DNA of 64,000 nucleotides from Candidatus Cloacimonadales bacterium (GCA_963677495.2 CAXXOU010000002.1:128001-192000); one strand, 5' to 3'; positions 48,886 to 60,810 are shown, counted from the stretch's first letter. Notes: generated by a model not told the origin, from the sequence alone. Numbers and translations are program-made.

Positions 48886-49331
48886 AAAAGCTGGACTCAT
48901 AGCGACCATCGGGAGTTAGAGTCATAGCGAAATTAGCAATTCCCCGCTTTGCATCGTACTCGTAAACACGTATGGACACAAGCTATAGTAGCAGTCATCA
49001 GTGCGAGTTTACGAGCTTGAGGAAATGCGGTCTTAACACTTGTTGGTACTTCGAAGTCGCATTTCCCCAAACTCCTTTCAGTCGTACTGGTGACTGCTTC
49101 GATAATTCACTAAAGTTATCCGAGCGACCCAGAAGGTAGCAGTCATCAGTGCGAGTTTACGAGCTTGAGGAAATGCGGTCTTAACACTTGTTGGTACTTC
49201 GAAGTCGCATTTCCCCAAACTCCTTTCAGTCGTACTGGTGACTGCGTCGTTAATCCACTAAAGTTGTCCGAGCGACCCGTTCGACTTCGTTCATTTCGTT
49301 TCACTACATTCAGCTCCGCTCAGGGTGACAT
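48886..49331. repeat. REP/MITE-like cluster including a 148-bp-period tandem duplication
   Basis: 48988-49097 is identical to 49136-49245. The unit has inverted ends GCAGTCATCAGTGCGA / TCGTACTGGTGACTGC. Confidence 0.8.
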
Positions 49332-49586
49332 GTTAATGGATTTGCTGTTACAAATCCAAGTGCCTGGTTATTTTCCCAACGGGATAGAATGTGAATAGCC
49401 ATGAGATGCATGGTCAAACCATCTAAAGAATCAAGGACCCCAACGGTGTCGAATCTGTTTTATAACACAATCTACATTGTCCATCCCAATGCAACTGATA
49501 CCAGTAAGATCAATTGATTGTGAAAATCATTGACTAATACCTGCCAAACCCCATATTTCGGATATTGAGTAATTGAGGAGACATTC

Positions 49587-52221
49587 ATGTCCAAAATATA
49601 TATATTCTTTCTAATTCTAGCTGCCACGCTAAGCATAAACGCAATTGAGATATTCACTGCCAAGAATTATTATACAAATGAAGAGACTATTCAACTTTTC
49701 TGGGTAGACAATACAGACAATGTGGATTCATTGCAAATTGCAGGAAAGTCATTTACTGCAAAAGATATTAAGAGCTATCGCAAATCAATAAGGGCAATTG
49801 AGATTGCTATTGATAAAGTTCAGCAACAAGAAGATGTGGTTGTTTATAAGGGAAATGAAGTAGAGACAATTCAAGTTGAAATAAAGAAATTACCACATAA
49901 ACTAAATGCAGTAAAGATGGATAGAATAAGGGGATGTGTGATTGCTGATGATATGATCTATATGCCTTCCGGGTTCTATACTTATTCACCAGTTCAGCCA
50001 TTCCTGCTTGAAGATGAAGTTGTTCGTGGGTTCAACATGGTATCGCCTTATCAAAAGATTTTACCCAAGACAAGAAAGCAAAGGTTAGATTATCTCAATC
50101 AAGCACACAACCTAGGAATGAAGGTTAACTACAATCTTCTCAGTGTTGCCGGTGGGGAGGAGTAAACCTTAAGGATCATGATTTCAGTGATCTTGAAAAG
50201 ACCTTCAAATGCTTAAAGATGAAGTTAAAGCAATTAAAGATCACCCCGCTCTTCTGAGTTGGTATATAAGCGACGAACCATATTATACAGGTACAAAACC
50301 TGAATATCTTGAGCAGATATACAAGATGATCAAGGAGATAGATCCATACCACCCGGTTACGATTGTATTCATGAAATCATCCCAAGCTCACAAATATAGG
50401 AAAGCTCTAGATATAGCAATGGCTGATCCTTATCCAATCCCTGTGAAATCAGTATATGAAGTGGAGCAAGTCACCCATAAACTAGCTAACGAGTTCTTCC
50501 CTGAAAGACTGGTTTGGAATGTCCCACAAACCTTTGGTGGTAGCGAGTGGTGGAGAAGAGAACCAACACCTAATGAGTTGCGCTCTATGCTTTATTTATC
50601 ACTTCTTAACGGCTCTTCCGGTTACCAGTTCTTTATTCGTAAAGGACTGAATGGCTTCCAAAATCAACTCAACTATGGAGTGAAGGAAGCAGAGCAATGC
50701 TGGAGATGCAGGAGATTGTTCCATGGCTCTTTAGCGAAGAGGAGAATCCGGAAGTTAGTGATGGCACTGTCAAAATCACTTCTAAAGCCTATAGAAAGGA
50801 CAATAGTATCATCATTATTTCTGTTAACGGTGAGAATAAACCTGTGCCATTAACTCTAAAGATGACTGAGTTTATCAATGGTAAAGCTGAAGTGCTGTTT
50901 GAAAACAGAAGTGTGAAAGTAGTGAATGGAGTTATAAATGATAACTTAGATGTGTTTGGTGTAAAAATATGTAAGATTTACACAAAAGATAAACCCAAAC
51001 TACCTCGGATTACTGATGAAACATTCCTAAACCACTCATTCGAAAGAAACTACGTAGCTTCGGTACCTTCAGGTTGTTATGCAAATGTTGGTAAGGGACG
51101 AGGTAAAATCTATTCTATCGATTCTCGAGATGCTACTGACGGGGAGCATTCATTAAGGATGCATGTTTCACCTGAAGCTGAAAGTTTTAACCTGAATTTC
51201 TATCCGATAAAGATGGATAACGGTAGAAGTTATTATGCATCTTTAAAAGCAAGAAAAGGTATTCATACTTTCAAGAAGACAACAACTCGAACAATTACTC
51301 CCGGTTTTTTTGCAGATTATTTGGAGCAAAAGAGAAGGTTTTTAAGAATAGTATTAATCAACGAAGCTCCTTTAAATTTAGGATTGGTAAATTAAGTTCA
51401 TCGGAACAGTTTTTAAATCAAAACTGGACAAAATTCTCATTTATTATAAATAACAATCAGGAAAGTAAGCAGGTGGGAAGAATTAGTCCGAGGTTAATCT
51501 ATAATGGCCCCGGAACTGCTTGGTTCGACGAGTACGAAATTTTACCTCTGTTGAAGCTATGTTCCAATAACGAGGAGGAAGCGCGTGTTATTACAACTAC
51601 GTATGCGTCAGCAGAGGTCCCTCTTTTTTATACTTTAGATGGATCTGAACCTACGAAGAATTCTCCTACTTTCTCTGATACTCTTATCATAACTGAATCT
51701 TCAACTCTAAAGCTGAAAGCCATTGGAGCAATATAGTAGCAGGAACAGCTCAACAAAGATTTGCTATACATAGTGCTCTTGATTGTGTTGCTACATCCAA
51801 AGCAAAGATTTCAACCAAGTTCTCCGGTGATGGTCTTAAGTCTCTTACCGATGGGTTATTAGCAAATGATAACAGCTACGATTACAGAAATGTCGGTTTT
51901 GAGTCTGATGAGATAGTTTTAGATATCAAACTAAAGAAGTTAATGGAGATTGACAATGTCGCAATGAGCCTTGTCTCTGAAAAGAATAAGGGAATCTACT
52001 TTCCGACAGAAGTACAAGTTGAATACTCAGCTGATGGTAAAGAGTTTAAAAACTTCCATGCAGTGAAAATAATGCTGGAAAACTCTATTACTTTTAACAA
52101 GGTCCATTTACAGCTGGATGAGGACGATATCACGGCTCAGCATATCCGCATTAAGCTATCTTCAGATAATAAACGGGAGAACACGATTACGATATTGGAC
52201 GAGATTATCATTAATAACTAA
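49587..52221 (+). pseudogene. Fragmented secreted glycoside-hydrolase-like multidomain protein (probably one gene)
   Basis: Consecutive frames carry a signal peptide, KDHPALLSWYISDEP...DPYP...EPTPNE (GH-like TIM barrel), a CBM-like region, FYTLDGSEP (chitobiase/FN3-associated) and a discoidin-like C-terminus. Several frameshifts may be sequencing errors. Confidence 0.65.
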
Positions 52222-52294
52222 AATAAAAGCTTTACACAATAAAATTCCATTAACAGAATGCCGTCATATCCGATGTATAATTAAAGGAGGTATT

Positions 52295-54126
52295 ATGCAA
52301 AAGGGTAGCAAAGCCGGCTTAGCCGGAAGGAGATTTCTTTCTTGGTTGATTGATTTACTGCTGTTCTCTGTGATTGCTATTTTCACCGGAATCTACTTCA
52401 CACAGGAAAGCACAATGATAAGTATTGGTATGGGATACATTGGTAAGATTACTAATATTATCTTGCTACTCGGTATTGCATTACCGGCAGTATATCTATT
52501 TATGAGTTGGGTTTTCTTTGGAGCCACAATCGGTATGAAAGCTCTTGGATTAAGAGTTAAGTCGATTCACACTAATAAAAAGCTCAATCCGGTGTTGCAA
52601 TTCTAAGATTCTTAATGTGGATTGTAAACTGGTTCTCTTTCCGATTGGATTCCTCTGGATGCTTTGTGACTCAAGAGGGCAGACCTTTGCTGATAAGCTA
52701 TCAAGTACTGTGATTGTTCGGAAGGGTGACTATAAAGAGGAAGTACCTCCTTCTTCTGAACGAGATCGAAAGGTTTGGTTAGTAGGAGCTATCTTATCCG
52801 TTTTGGTATGATTTTAGCCTCATCAACTATCTTTCTATTCTTGTATCAACCACGCTTGAATCCAGGAATTAGTAACACCCTGTATTCCTATCTACCCGGT
52901 GATAACCCCGAAGAAAACAGTTTCTATGAACTCTATGGTTTCACTGCTCCCCAAGGCATAGATCCTTATGATGCCGGATTGCAGAAAGTGGTTAATGCTA
53001 ATAAAACTTTACTTGATTATAATGCAACCAATGTTCCTATTTCTGATCCTAGATTGAAGAAGCTGGTTAGTACATTTAAAGATACTCTCCGCTCGGATAT
53101 ACACTATGTTAAAGATAGAGCAGAGGGACAGAGTAATATAGATTTAATCAAATCGAAGCGCAAAGAGCTTAGACCAATTATTGAAAAGTATCAATACATG
53201 AAAGAGCGCTACTCGAGAATCAGGGAGTACAAATATTTCAAACAAAGATTATTCCACATACAGCCTCCCCATACTGGCGTGGTTCTCTGTTAGTTGCCTA
53301 TCAAAGGTTGGTTTCTGCTGAGTTCGTGCTTGAATATCTCTATGGAGATCGTAATAAAGCTCTTGAACTTATGCAACTAAGCTATGATGTGAATCGAAAT
53401 CTTTTCAAAGTTTGTGATGACATGTTGATAAAGTATATGACCGCTTATAATCTTGGGAATGTAGAAGAGATAATAAGTGAGCTGATGAGCTATGAAAAGC
53501 CATGTGACCAGCGTTTGTTAAACTTTGTTAGCAATGTGCAAGGCTTCGATAGGGAGGATGTTAATCTTCGTAAACCTCGAGAGACAGGATTTAACTATAC
53601 CCTCATTTCAACCTTGGCTGATAGAATGAATAACAGACAGATTTTAGAGGATTATGTTGTCACTCCTAAAGAGATTACTCAATCCAGTAGCTTCATGTTT
53701 AAATCAAACGATTTTGCCAACCAGTTCTATGCTTTCAATGAATATATAATGGATTACTCAGAGAAATCCTTCCCTGAGATTTATGCTGAGAAAGATAATC
53801 GATTCAGTTATAATCCAACCTCAGTATTGAATGTATTTAATACACTGGGAGTAGCTCATACAATCACTGTAATTCATGTTGAGAAGATGGCAAAAGACTA
53901 TCTGTTTAGGTATATTCATAACTATTTGGGCACCAAGCTGCTAAAAGCAAAAGCTGATATTATCAGAGAGAATGTTCCTAAAGATAAGATTGAAGATTTC
54001 CTCCAAAACGATGTGGTTAAGTATGGAGTAGAGTACAAGGACGAAACTTTCAAGTATGATTCTGTAAACCACAAGATCTACTTTGACCAACTCAATAAAG
54101 ATGAGAGTTACGGGTTTAAACTGTAG
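52295..54126 (+). pseudogene. Fragmented RDD-family membrane protein with large C-terminal domain
   Basis: AGLAGRRFLSWLID...ATIGMKALGLRV...QTFADKLSSTVIV (RDD) is split over four frames. AGGAGG precedes ATG at 52295. Confidence 0.65.
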
Positions 54127-54150
54127 GTATACATCACAAATGTATAGATG

Positions 54151-54178
54151 AAGCCTGGTGCCTTGCATCAGGCTTTTT
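54151..54178 (+). terminator. Intrinsic terminator
   Basis: AAGCCTGGTGC-ctt-GCATCAGGCTTTTT. Confidence 0.7.
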
Positions 54179-54181
54179 ATT

Positions 54182-55790
54182 GTAGTGCGAGTGTCCCCAC
54201 TTGCACATAGCTCGATAGAGCTATCACTGGGAAGCCAATCGAGCTCAGAAACTAGTATTGACTTGTATTTCCCAAAATAAGAACTACTTTTCAACGTATG
54301 ATTTCTAAGTATCAGTCAGAGGAAGCTGCCGACTGTGTCGGCACAGCAACTCAGGAGAGTTGCAGTACATTCGTAGTGTAAGTGTCCCCACTTGCACATA
54401 GCTCGATAGAGCTATAATCGGGAAACTTATCGTGTACTGGAAGTAGTATTGACATGTATAATCACGAAACTTAATTCTACGTTCTAAACGTATGATTTCT
54501 AAGTTCCAGTCAGAGGAAACTGCCGACTGTGTCGGCACAGCAACTCAGGAGAGTTGCAGTACATTTGTAGTGCGAGTGTCCCCACTTGCACATAGCTCGA
54601 TAGAGCTATAATCGGGAAACTTATCGTGTACTGGAAGTAGTATTGACATGTATAATCACGAAACATAATTCTACGTTCTAAACGTATGATTTCTAAGTTC
54701 CAGTCAGAGGAAGCTGCCGACTGTGTCGGCACAGCAACTCAGGAGAGTTGCAGTACATTCGTAGTGTAAGTGTCCCCACTTGCACATAGCTCGATAGAGC
54801 TATAATCGGGAAACTTATCGTGTACTGGAAGTAGTATTGACATGTATAATCACGTAACATAATTCTACGTTCTAAACGTATGATTTCTAAGTTCCAGTCA
54901 GAGGAAGCTGCCGACTGTGTCGGCACAGCAACTCAGGAGAGTTGCAGTACATTTGTAGTGCGAGTGTCCCCACTTGCACATAGCTCGATAGAGCTATAAT
55001 CGGGAAACTTATCGTGTACTGGAAGTAGTATTGACATGTATAATCACGAAACATAATTCTACGTTCTAAACGTATGATTTCTAAGTTCCAGTCAGAGGAA
55101 GCTGCCGACTGTGTCGGCACAGCAACTCAGGAGAGTTGCAGTACATTTGTAGTGCGAGTGTCCCCACTTGCACATAGCTCGATAGAGCTATAATCGGGAA
55201 ACTTATCGTGTACTGGAAGTAGTATTGACATGTATAATCACGAAACATAATTCTACGTTCTAAACGTATGATTTCTAAGTTCCAGTCAGAGGAAGCTGCC
55301 GACTGTGTCGGCACAGCAACTCAGGAGAGTTGCAGTACATTTGTAGTGCGAGTGTCCCCACTTGCACATAGCTCGATAGAGCTATAATCGGGAAACTTAT
55401 CGTGTACTGGAAGTAGTATTGACATGTATAATCACGAAACTTAATTCTACGTTCTAAACGTATGATTTCTAAGTTCCAGTCAGAGGAAGCTGCCGACTGT
55501 GTCGGCACAGCAACTCAGGAGAGTTGCAGTACATTTGTAGTGCGAGTGTCCCCACTTGCACATAGCTCGATAGAGCTATAATAGGGAAACTTATCGTGTA
55601 CTGGAAGTAGTATTGACATGTATAATCACGAAACATAATTCTACGTTCTAAACGTATGATTTCTAAGTTCCAGTCAGAGGAAACTGCCGACTGTGTCGGC
55701 ACAGCAACTCAGGAGAGTTGCAGTACATTCGTAGTGCAAGTGTCACCACTTGCACATAGCTCGAAGAGCTATAATCGGGAGACTTATTGT
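54182..55790. repeat. Tandem array of 194-bp REP-doublet units (one divergent, seven near-identical, one partial)
   Basis: Units start at 54182, 54373, 54567, 54761, 54955, 55149, 55343, 55537 and 55731. Each begins GTAG plus hairpin GTGCGAGTG-TCCC-CACTTGCAC and ends with inverted GCAACTC-AGGA-GAGTTGCAGTAC. Confidence 0.93.
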
Positions 55791-55982
55791 GCTAAGTAGT
55801 AGTCACCAGTACGACCAACAGGAGTTTGGAAAAATGCGGAATTGACTTTCTGAAGTGCTACTATATCCTGATGGAATAACCATATAATATCCATGGTGCT
55901 TTAGCCCATGGATAAGAATTATCACCAAAACCCTACCCCAACAGGACTGAATTTTCATTCCCAATTCTATCCCATTAATCCC

Positions 55983-56126
55983 TCATTCCTCTATCATAAT
56001 TCCCGACAGAAAACTGTCTCATTCCAATGAGTCTCTTGAGGCTCACTAGGGCAAAAGGATAAGAGACTGACAATAAACCGGGCAGAAATCGGTTGCTCTT
56101 GAACCCGAATTATGATGGAGCAATGA
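55983..56126. repeat. 144-bp palindromic MITE-like element
   Basis: TCATTCCTCTATCATAATTC and GAATTATGATGGAGCAATGA form an 18/20 inverted repeat. Confidence 0.65.
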
Positions 56127-56136
56127 TAGAGAAATA

Positions 56137-56214
56137 TAGCTCAAAGCCTATAGCCTATAGCCTATAGCTCAAAGCTTATAGTCCTTATTTCAGCTATAGG
56201 CTATAGGTTGTTAG
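56137..56214. repeat. 7-bp AGCCTAT tandem repeats with inverted counterpart
   Basis: AGCCTATAGCCTATAGCCTATAGC followed by GCTATAGGCTATAGG. Confidence 0.7.
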
Positions 56215-56356
56215 CTTTTAACTACAAATTCACTCCCCGTTAGAAACACGTTACAAGAAATGGGGATTGGATAGGATCTGGATGAAGAATTGATATACTC
56301 CCCAATTGTAGTAAGATAGTGCATTATTTATGACTACATATGATGTATTTGCTCCG

Positions 56357-56500
56357 TTATTGCTCTGCTACAATATTGAACAAAAACGAATCCATTTCCA
56401 ATCGCTCTCCTAGCAGACACCTATTGAATTCAATAGGTGTCTAATAGGAAACTGCAAAGGAAATGATAACTGAGGGTTGAGAATTGTGACAGAGCAGTGC
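56357..56500. repeat. 144-bp palindromic MITE-like element with perfect central palindrome
   Basis: Ends TTATTGCTCTGCTACAAT / ATTGTGACAGAGCAGTGC. Central AGACACCTATTGAA-TTCAATAGGTGTCT sits at the midpoint. Confidence 0.7.
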
Positions 56501-56825
56501 GGAAGGGATTCTAGTATTAGGAACACCGTTTCCCACCACTTGAAAGTGGTGGTTTTGGGGAGCATATATTCAACCCGTTTCGGGATCGAAGGTTCTTCTT
56601 AGGGATTCATGACAATGCATTTCATGAATGGCTACTCACATATAATTCCGTTCAACCATCAAAATATTACGGCACGACAAGTGGGATTATTATTAAGGTT
56701 AATTAAGTGAACAGGGTTGTTCGCTATACATTTCCGGGTTTAACAAATAAAAGCCTATTATCTGAACTTATCCGAGTAATCTACGGCTATTTAGCATGTT
56801 ACAGTCAGTCAGTGGCAGTACATTC

Positions 56826-57046
56826 GTAGTGCGAGTGTCCTCACTTGCACATAGCTCGATAGAGCTATCACTGGGAAGCCAATCGTGCCCAGAAGCTAGT
56901 ATTGACATGTATTGCCAAAATTAGTTTTACTTTCCAGCGTATGATTTCTAAGTTTCAGTCAGTGGATAGAAGCTGACGACTGTGTCGTCACAGCATCAGT
57001 CTTCGCTGTAAGCTTCGCCCGACAAGACTAAAGAGAGTTGCAGTAC
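56826..57046. repeat. Solo divergent copy of the 194-bp unit with a nested REP insertion
   Basis: Closest to the 54182 unit (CTATCACTGGGAAGCCAATCG). CTTCGCTGTAAGCTTCGCCCGACAAG is inserted in its last hairpin. Confidence 0.8.
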
Positions 57047-57151
57047 AAAAAGCGAACCAGCATTGACACAGTCAATGCACTCCATAATAGGATAATCATT
57101 GACTAATATAGACAGTTCATCTGAATGCATAAAAATCACGATAGGATTGTC

Positions 57152-57913
57152 ATGAAAACGGATTTACATATACATACTAAGTTTAGTTCAGATGCGAGGA
57201 TAGAACCGGAAGAGTTAGCTGAAAAGGCACTTGGAAACGGCTATGAGTTGATTGGGATTACAGATCATTTCGATATCTTAGCTGAGAGTGTCAGTACACA
57301 TAAGAACATTGAGTTTACAGATTATGTTGAATACTTCCACGAGTTGAAGGCAAAGTATTCAGAGCTTAAGATTGCTGTAGGGGCAGAAGTAGGGGAATTG
57401 CATTGGTTCAAAAAAGAGTTAGCTGATGTGTTTGGTGACCTGAACCCCGATTACTTATTAGCATCTATCCATTTCTTATCAAATAAAAAGGAGGTTTCGA
57501 CTTCTTTTGCAGGTTACTTGTCGAGAGATGAAATCAAAGATTACTATATGATGAATCTGAACATGGTGGAGCAGGCTGACTTCCATATCCTGGGGCACTT
57601 GGGTATATTCAACAGATACAAAAAACATGATGAATCGCATGTTCGAGATATCAAGAAAGAGATTTTCAATGTGATGATTGATAGAGGGATTGCTCTGGAA
57701 GTTAACAGCTCAGGATATAATAAACCTATAAATGAGATTCTGCCTGTTGTTAGAGATCTTGATATGTATATGGAACTTGGTGGAAGACTTTTAAGCATCG
57801 GTTCTGATGCCCACACACTTGAGATGTTTGATAAGTATTATGACAGATGTATGCAAGTACTAGGCGATATGGGAGCTGAGTACAAACTGTTCATACCGGA
57901 GATGAAGTTATGA
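57152..57913 (+). CDS. PHP-domain histidinol-phosphatase (HisJ/HisK family)
   Basis: DLHIHTKFS-D, ITDH, GAEVG, SIH, LGHL, LEVNSSG, GSDAH. Likely start 57152 (track start 57125). Confidence 0.85.
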   Translation: MKTDLHIHTKFSSDARIEPEELAEKALGNGYELIGITDHFDILAESVSTHKNIEFTDYVEYFHELKAKYSELKIAVGAEVGELHWFKKELADVFGDLNPDYLLASIHFLSNKKEVSTSFAGYLSRDEIKDYYMMNLNMVEQADFHILGHLGIFNRYKKHDESHVRDIKKEIFNVMIDRGIALEVNSSGYNKPINEILPVVRDLDMYMELGGRLLSIGSDAHTLEMFDKYYDRCMQVLGDMGAEYKLFIPEMKL

Positions 57914-59127
57914 GATTAGCAGTAGATTTACATTCACATTCAGGTTATGCTGGTGGTGTGGGAAATATAAAATTGGAAGATGTAATCCAGACGATGAAAA
58001 GAAAGGGTATCGATGTTTTCGGGGCCGGTGATGTATTGTTCCCAAAGCGTACTGAAGAACTACGAGAAGTGCTTACTGAAAGCAGTGAGGGTCTTTTCTC
58101 TCTAAATAGTAGTAAAGAACAATTTGCTTTGCAGACTGAGATTATTCTATCGGTAAGATTGGAAGGCTATAAACGTAAGATAATGGCACATCATGTCGTG
58201 CTTTTTCCTGATTTTGAGTCAATCAAAAAGATGCAAAAGCTAATGACTAAATGGGGACAGAAGAACACTATTGGTCGCCCTTTTATTGTGAGTGATGATT
58301 TAGCACAGCAGACAGAGAGACTGTTTGAGATAAAGAATATCCACCCATTGGTTGAGGTGATCCCTGCCCATGTTATGACTCCGGAAGGTATACTCGGTAG
58401 TAAGAATATGCTTGAATCTATCAATGAGTTTTACGGTGAGTTTACTGACGAAATACAGGTTGTCGAGACAGGATTGAGTGCTGATCCATACATGCTTGAG
58501 CAGATAGAGGAACTGGCAGATATGACAATGATTTCCAATAGTGATTGTCACAGTGCAGCTTTGAATCGAATCGGACGTGAGTTCACTATGCTTGATGTTC
58601 AAGATAGAAGCTATAAAGGCATTGTTGAAGCTCTTAGAACAAATAAAGTCGAGTTTACAGCTGAGTTTAACCCGGCAGAGGGAAGATACTACAATACCGG
58701 CCATAGAGCTGATAGACAGGGACATGAAGAAGCATATATCTCTGATAACCCGAAAGAGACTGTATGCCCTATATGCAATAAACCTTTCCTGCCGGGAGTT
58801 GAAAGACGAGTGAAGCAGTTGAGTAGTGGGTATAAAGCGAAACATACTCGTGAATTCCATCATCTCCTACCATTAATTGAGGCAATTGCACTGGCTATTG
58901 GGGTTAAAAGTATAACATCAAAGAGGGTTGTAGAAAGGTTTAACACAGTATTGGATGAGTTTGACACTGAAATAGCGTTTTGGTTAGCATCAAAAGAGGA
59001 GATACTGAAAAAGCTTGATGGAAAGCTGGAGGGAGAGATCCTCATGCGCCTATTAAAGGTCCATGATGGCAAGTTCTCGTTCCAACCACCGGGATTTGAT
59101 GGCAACTATGGGGTGCTATCGCTTTAG
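57910..59127 (+). CDS. Endonuclease Q-family PHP-domain protein
   Basis: DLHSHS, GRP, IPAHVMTP, ETGLSADP, SNSDCHS, IGRE, GRYY...CPIC...GVERRV, PGFDGNYG. Confidence 0.8.
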   Translation: MRLAVDLHSHSGYAGGVGNIKLEDVIQTMKRKGIDVFGAGDVLFPKRTEELREVLTESSEGLFSLNSSKEQFALQTEIILSVRLEGYKRKIMAHHVVLFPDFESIKKMQKLMTKWGQKNTIGRPFIVSDDLAQQTERLFEIKNIHPLVEVIPAHVMTPEGILGSKNMLESINEFYGEFTDEIQVVETGLSADPYMLEQIEELADMTMISNSDCHSAALNRIGREFTMLDVQDRSYKGIVEALRTNKVEFTAEFNPAEGRYYNTGHRADRQGHEEAYISDNPKETVCPICNKPFLPGVERRVKQLSSGYKAKHTREFHHLLPLIEAIALAIGVKSITSKRVVERFNTVLDEFDTEIAFWLASKEEILKKLDGKLEGEILMRLLKVHDGKFSFQPPGFDGNYGVLSL

Positions 59128-60657
59128 CTCGAAAATGGCACCTGTTTTCCAACCATCGGTTGCACTACTAATAATACCTCCGGCATAACCTGATCCTTCT
59201 CCGATTGGGAAAAGATTTGTTACACTTGTAGAAGCACGTGTTTGATAATCACGAACAATTCTAATCGGGGAAGATGTCCTGGTCTCAGGGGCTATTAGAA
59301 CACCTTTCTCTGCAAATCCTTTATACTGCTTATCCCAGTGTTTTAGAGCTTGATGTAAAGGAGCAGAGATCGATTTTGGGAATAGGTCATGTAGGTTTGC
59401 ATTGTGAACTGAAGGAAGGAACGAACCTGTAACAGGTTTTGAGTCTTTCTTATGTTTCAGATAAGACAATGCTGATTGGACAGGAGCTGAATAATTGCCG
59501 ATGAAGGCTTTCTTCTCTATTCTTTCCTGAAGTTTCACACCACTTAAGATATCTTTAGCATTAGACTTTACTGATACAACTAAGGCACTGTTCCCATATT
59601 TGCCTGTTCTGGATGAGTTACTCATACCGTTAGTAACGATTGTATTTTGTTCCGAACTACTATTGATAACGAGTCCACCCGGGCACATACAGAAAGTATA
59701 GACTCCTAAACCATTAACCTTTCTGGTTAGTCTGTAGTTCGCCGGTCCTGTAATATCTATATCAGTGTTTTCGCCATAGAATGTTGAGTTTATGTAATCC
59801 TGATCATGCTCAATTCGCACTCCAATAGCAAAATCTTTCGATTCAATATCGATGTTCTTTCCCGGTAGCATCCTGAAAATGTCTCGAGCTGCGTTTCCGA
59901 TACCTAGAACAACTATTTCTGGTGAAATCTTCTCTTCATTGATTGTTATTGATTTGATTCTATTATCTTCAACTTCAATATCAGTAAGTTTAGAGTTCCA
60001 GTGGAATGTACAACCATTTTGTTCTAAGTACTCTCTAATCTTAGTTATTATTATCTCTAGTCGGTCAGTTCCAAGATGGGGAAGAGCTTCATACATGATC
60101 TCAGAGTTTGCTCCAAAGCGAACAAATAACTCAAAGACCTTAGTAGAAAAAATATCTCTGTTTCTTGCTGTAAGTTTTCCATCTGAGAATGTTCCGGCAC
60201 CGCCTTCACCGAACTGGATATTGCTATTCTCATCTAATTTACCATTCTTCCAGAAATTCTTTATCTTTTGCTTTCTGTCTGCAATGGTTTCACCTCTATC
60301 GTAGATTATTGGTTTCAATCCCTTTTCTACCATGGATAGTGCGCAGAATAGCCCTGAAGGTCCAGCACCAATAATCACAGGCTGAGAATCATAAAGAGAA
60401 TACGATGGGAGTACTACATTTTTAGGTTCTCCTAAGGGGATGAGGTCATTATGAACTGGTGGTTTATGAGCAAATGAGAGCTCTACAGTAAAGTTGAACT
60501 TGAGATTATTACGCTTTCTGGCATCCAAAGACTTACGTACAATTGTCAAATCAACAATGTTGTTTGAGTTAATATGCAGTTTCTTTGCAATAACCCTGTT
60601 TAGATCATACTCTTTTGCAATTGGGAATATAACACTTCTTAGTAGAAAACGTTTCAT
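59116..60657 (-). CDS. NAD(P)/FAD-dependent oxidoreductase
   Basis: RKSLDAR, IIGAGPSG, QFGEGGAGTFSDGKL, YTFCMCPGG, ETRTSSP, GEGSGYAGGI. Likely start 60657. Confidence 0.88.
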   Translation of the reverse strand: MKRFLLRSVIFPIAKEYDLNRVIAKKLHINSNNIVDLTIVRKSLDARKRNNLKFNFTVELSFAHKPPVHNDLIPLGEPKNVVLPSYSLYDSQPVIIGAGPSGLFCALSMVEKGLKPIIYDRGETIADRKQKIKNFWKNGKLDENSNIQFGEGGAGTFSDGKLTARNRDIFSTKVFELFVRFGANSEIMYEALPHLGTDRLEIIITKIREYLEQNGCTFHWNSKLTDIEVEDNRIKSITINEEKISPEIVVLGIGNAARDIFRMLPGKNIDIESKDFAIGVRIEHDQDYINSTFYGENTDIDITGPANYRLTRKVNGLGVYTFCMCPGGLVINSSSEQNTIVTNGMSNSSRTGKYGNSALVVSVKSNAKDILSGVKLQERIEKKAFIGNYSAPVQSALSYLKHKKDSKPVTGSFLPSVHNANLHDLFPKSISAPLHQALKHWDKQYKGFAEKGVLIAPETRTSSPIRIVRDYQTRASTSVTNLFPIGEGSGYAGGIISSATDGWKTGAIFELKR

Positions 60658-60810
60658 TAAAAACCTCATTTTCAGCTTTATAGGGAAGTAAAAAGATCTC
60701 TTTTTAGTTTGTCAACAGGGATAATCTCAAAACAAAGAAATTGATCATATCAAACCTGATATGATTCAATTTAATTTTCTGCCATATGTGACGTGCGAAT
60801 GGCATACTTG

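Noticed and set aside
54182..55790. 194-bp array as a CRISPR array or as eight copies of a 77-aa gene
   Set aside because: No unique spacers. The minus-strand ORFs overlap one another, lack an RBS or recognisable domain, and arise from the repeat periodicity.
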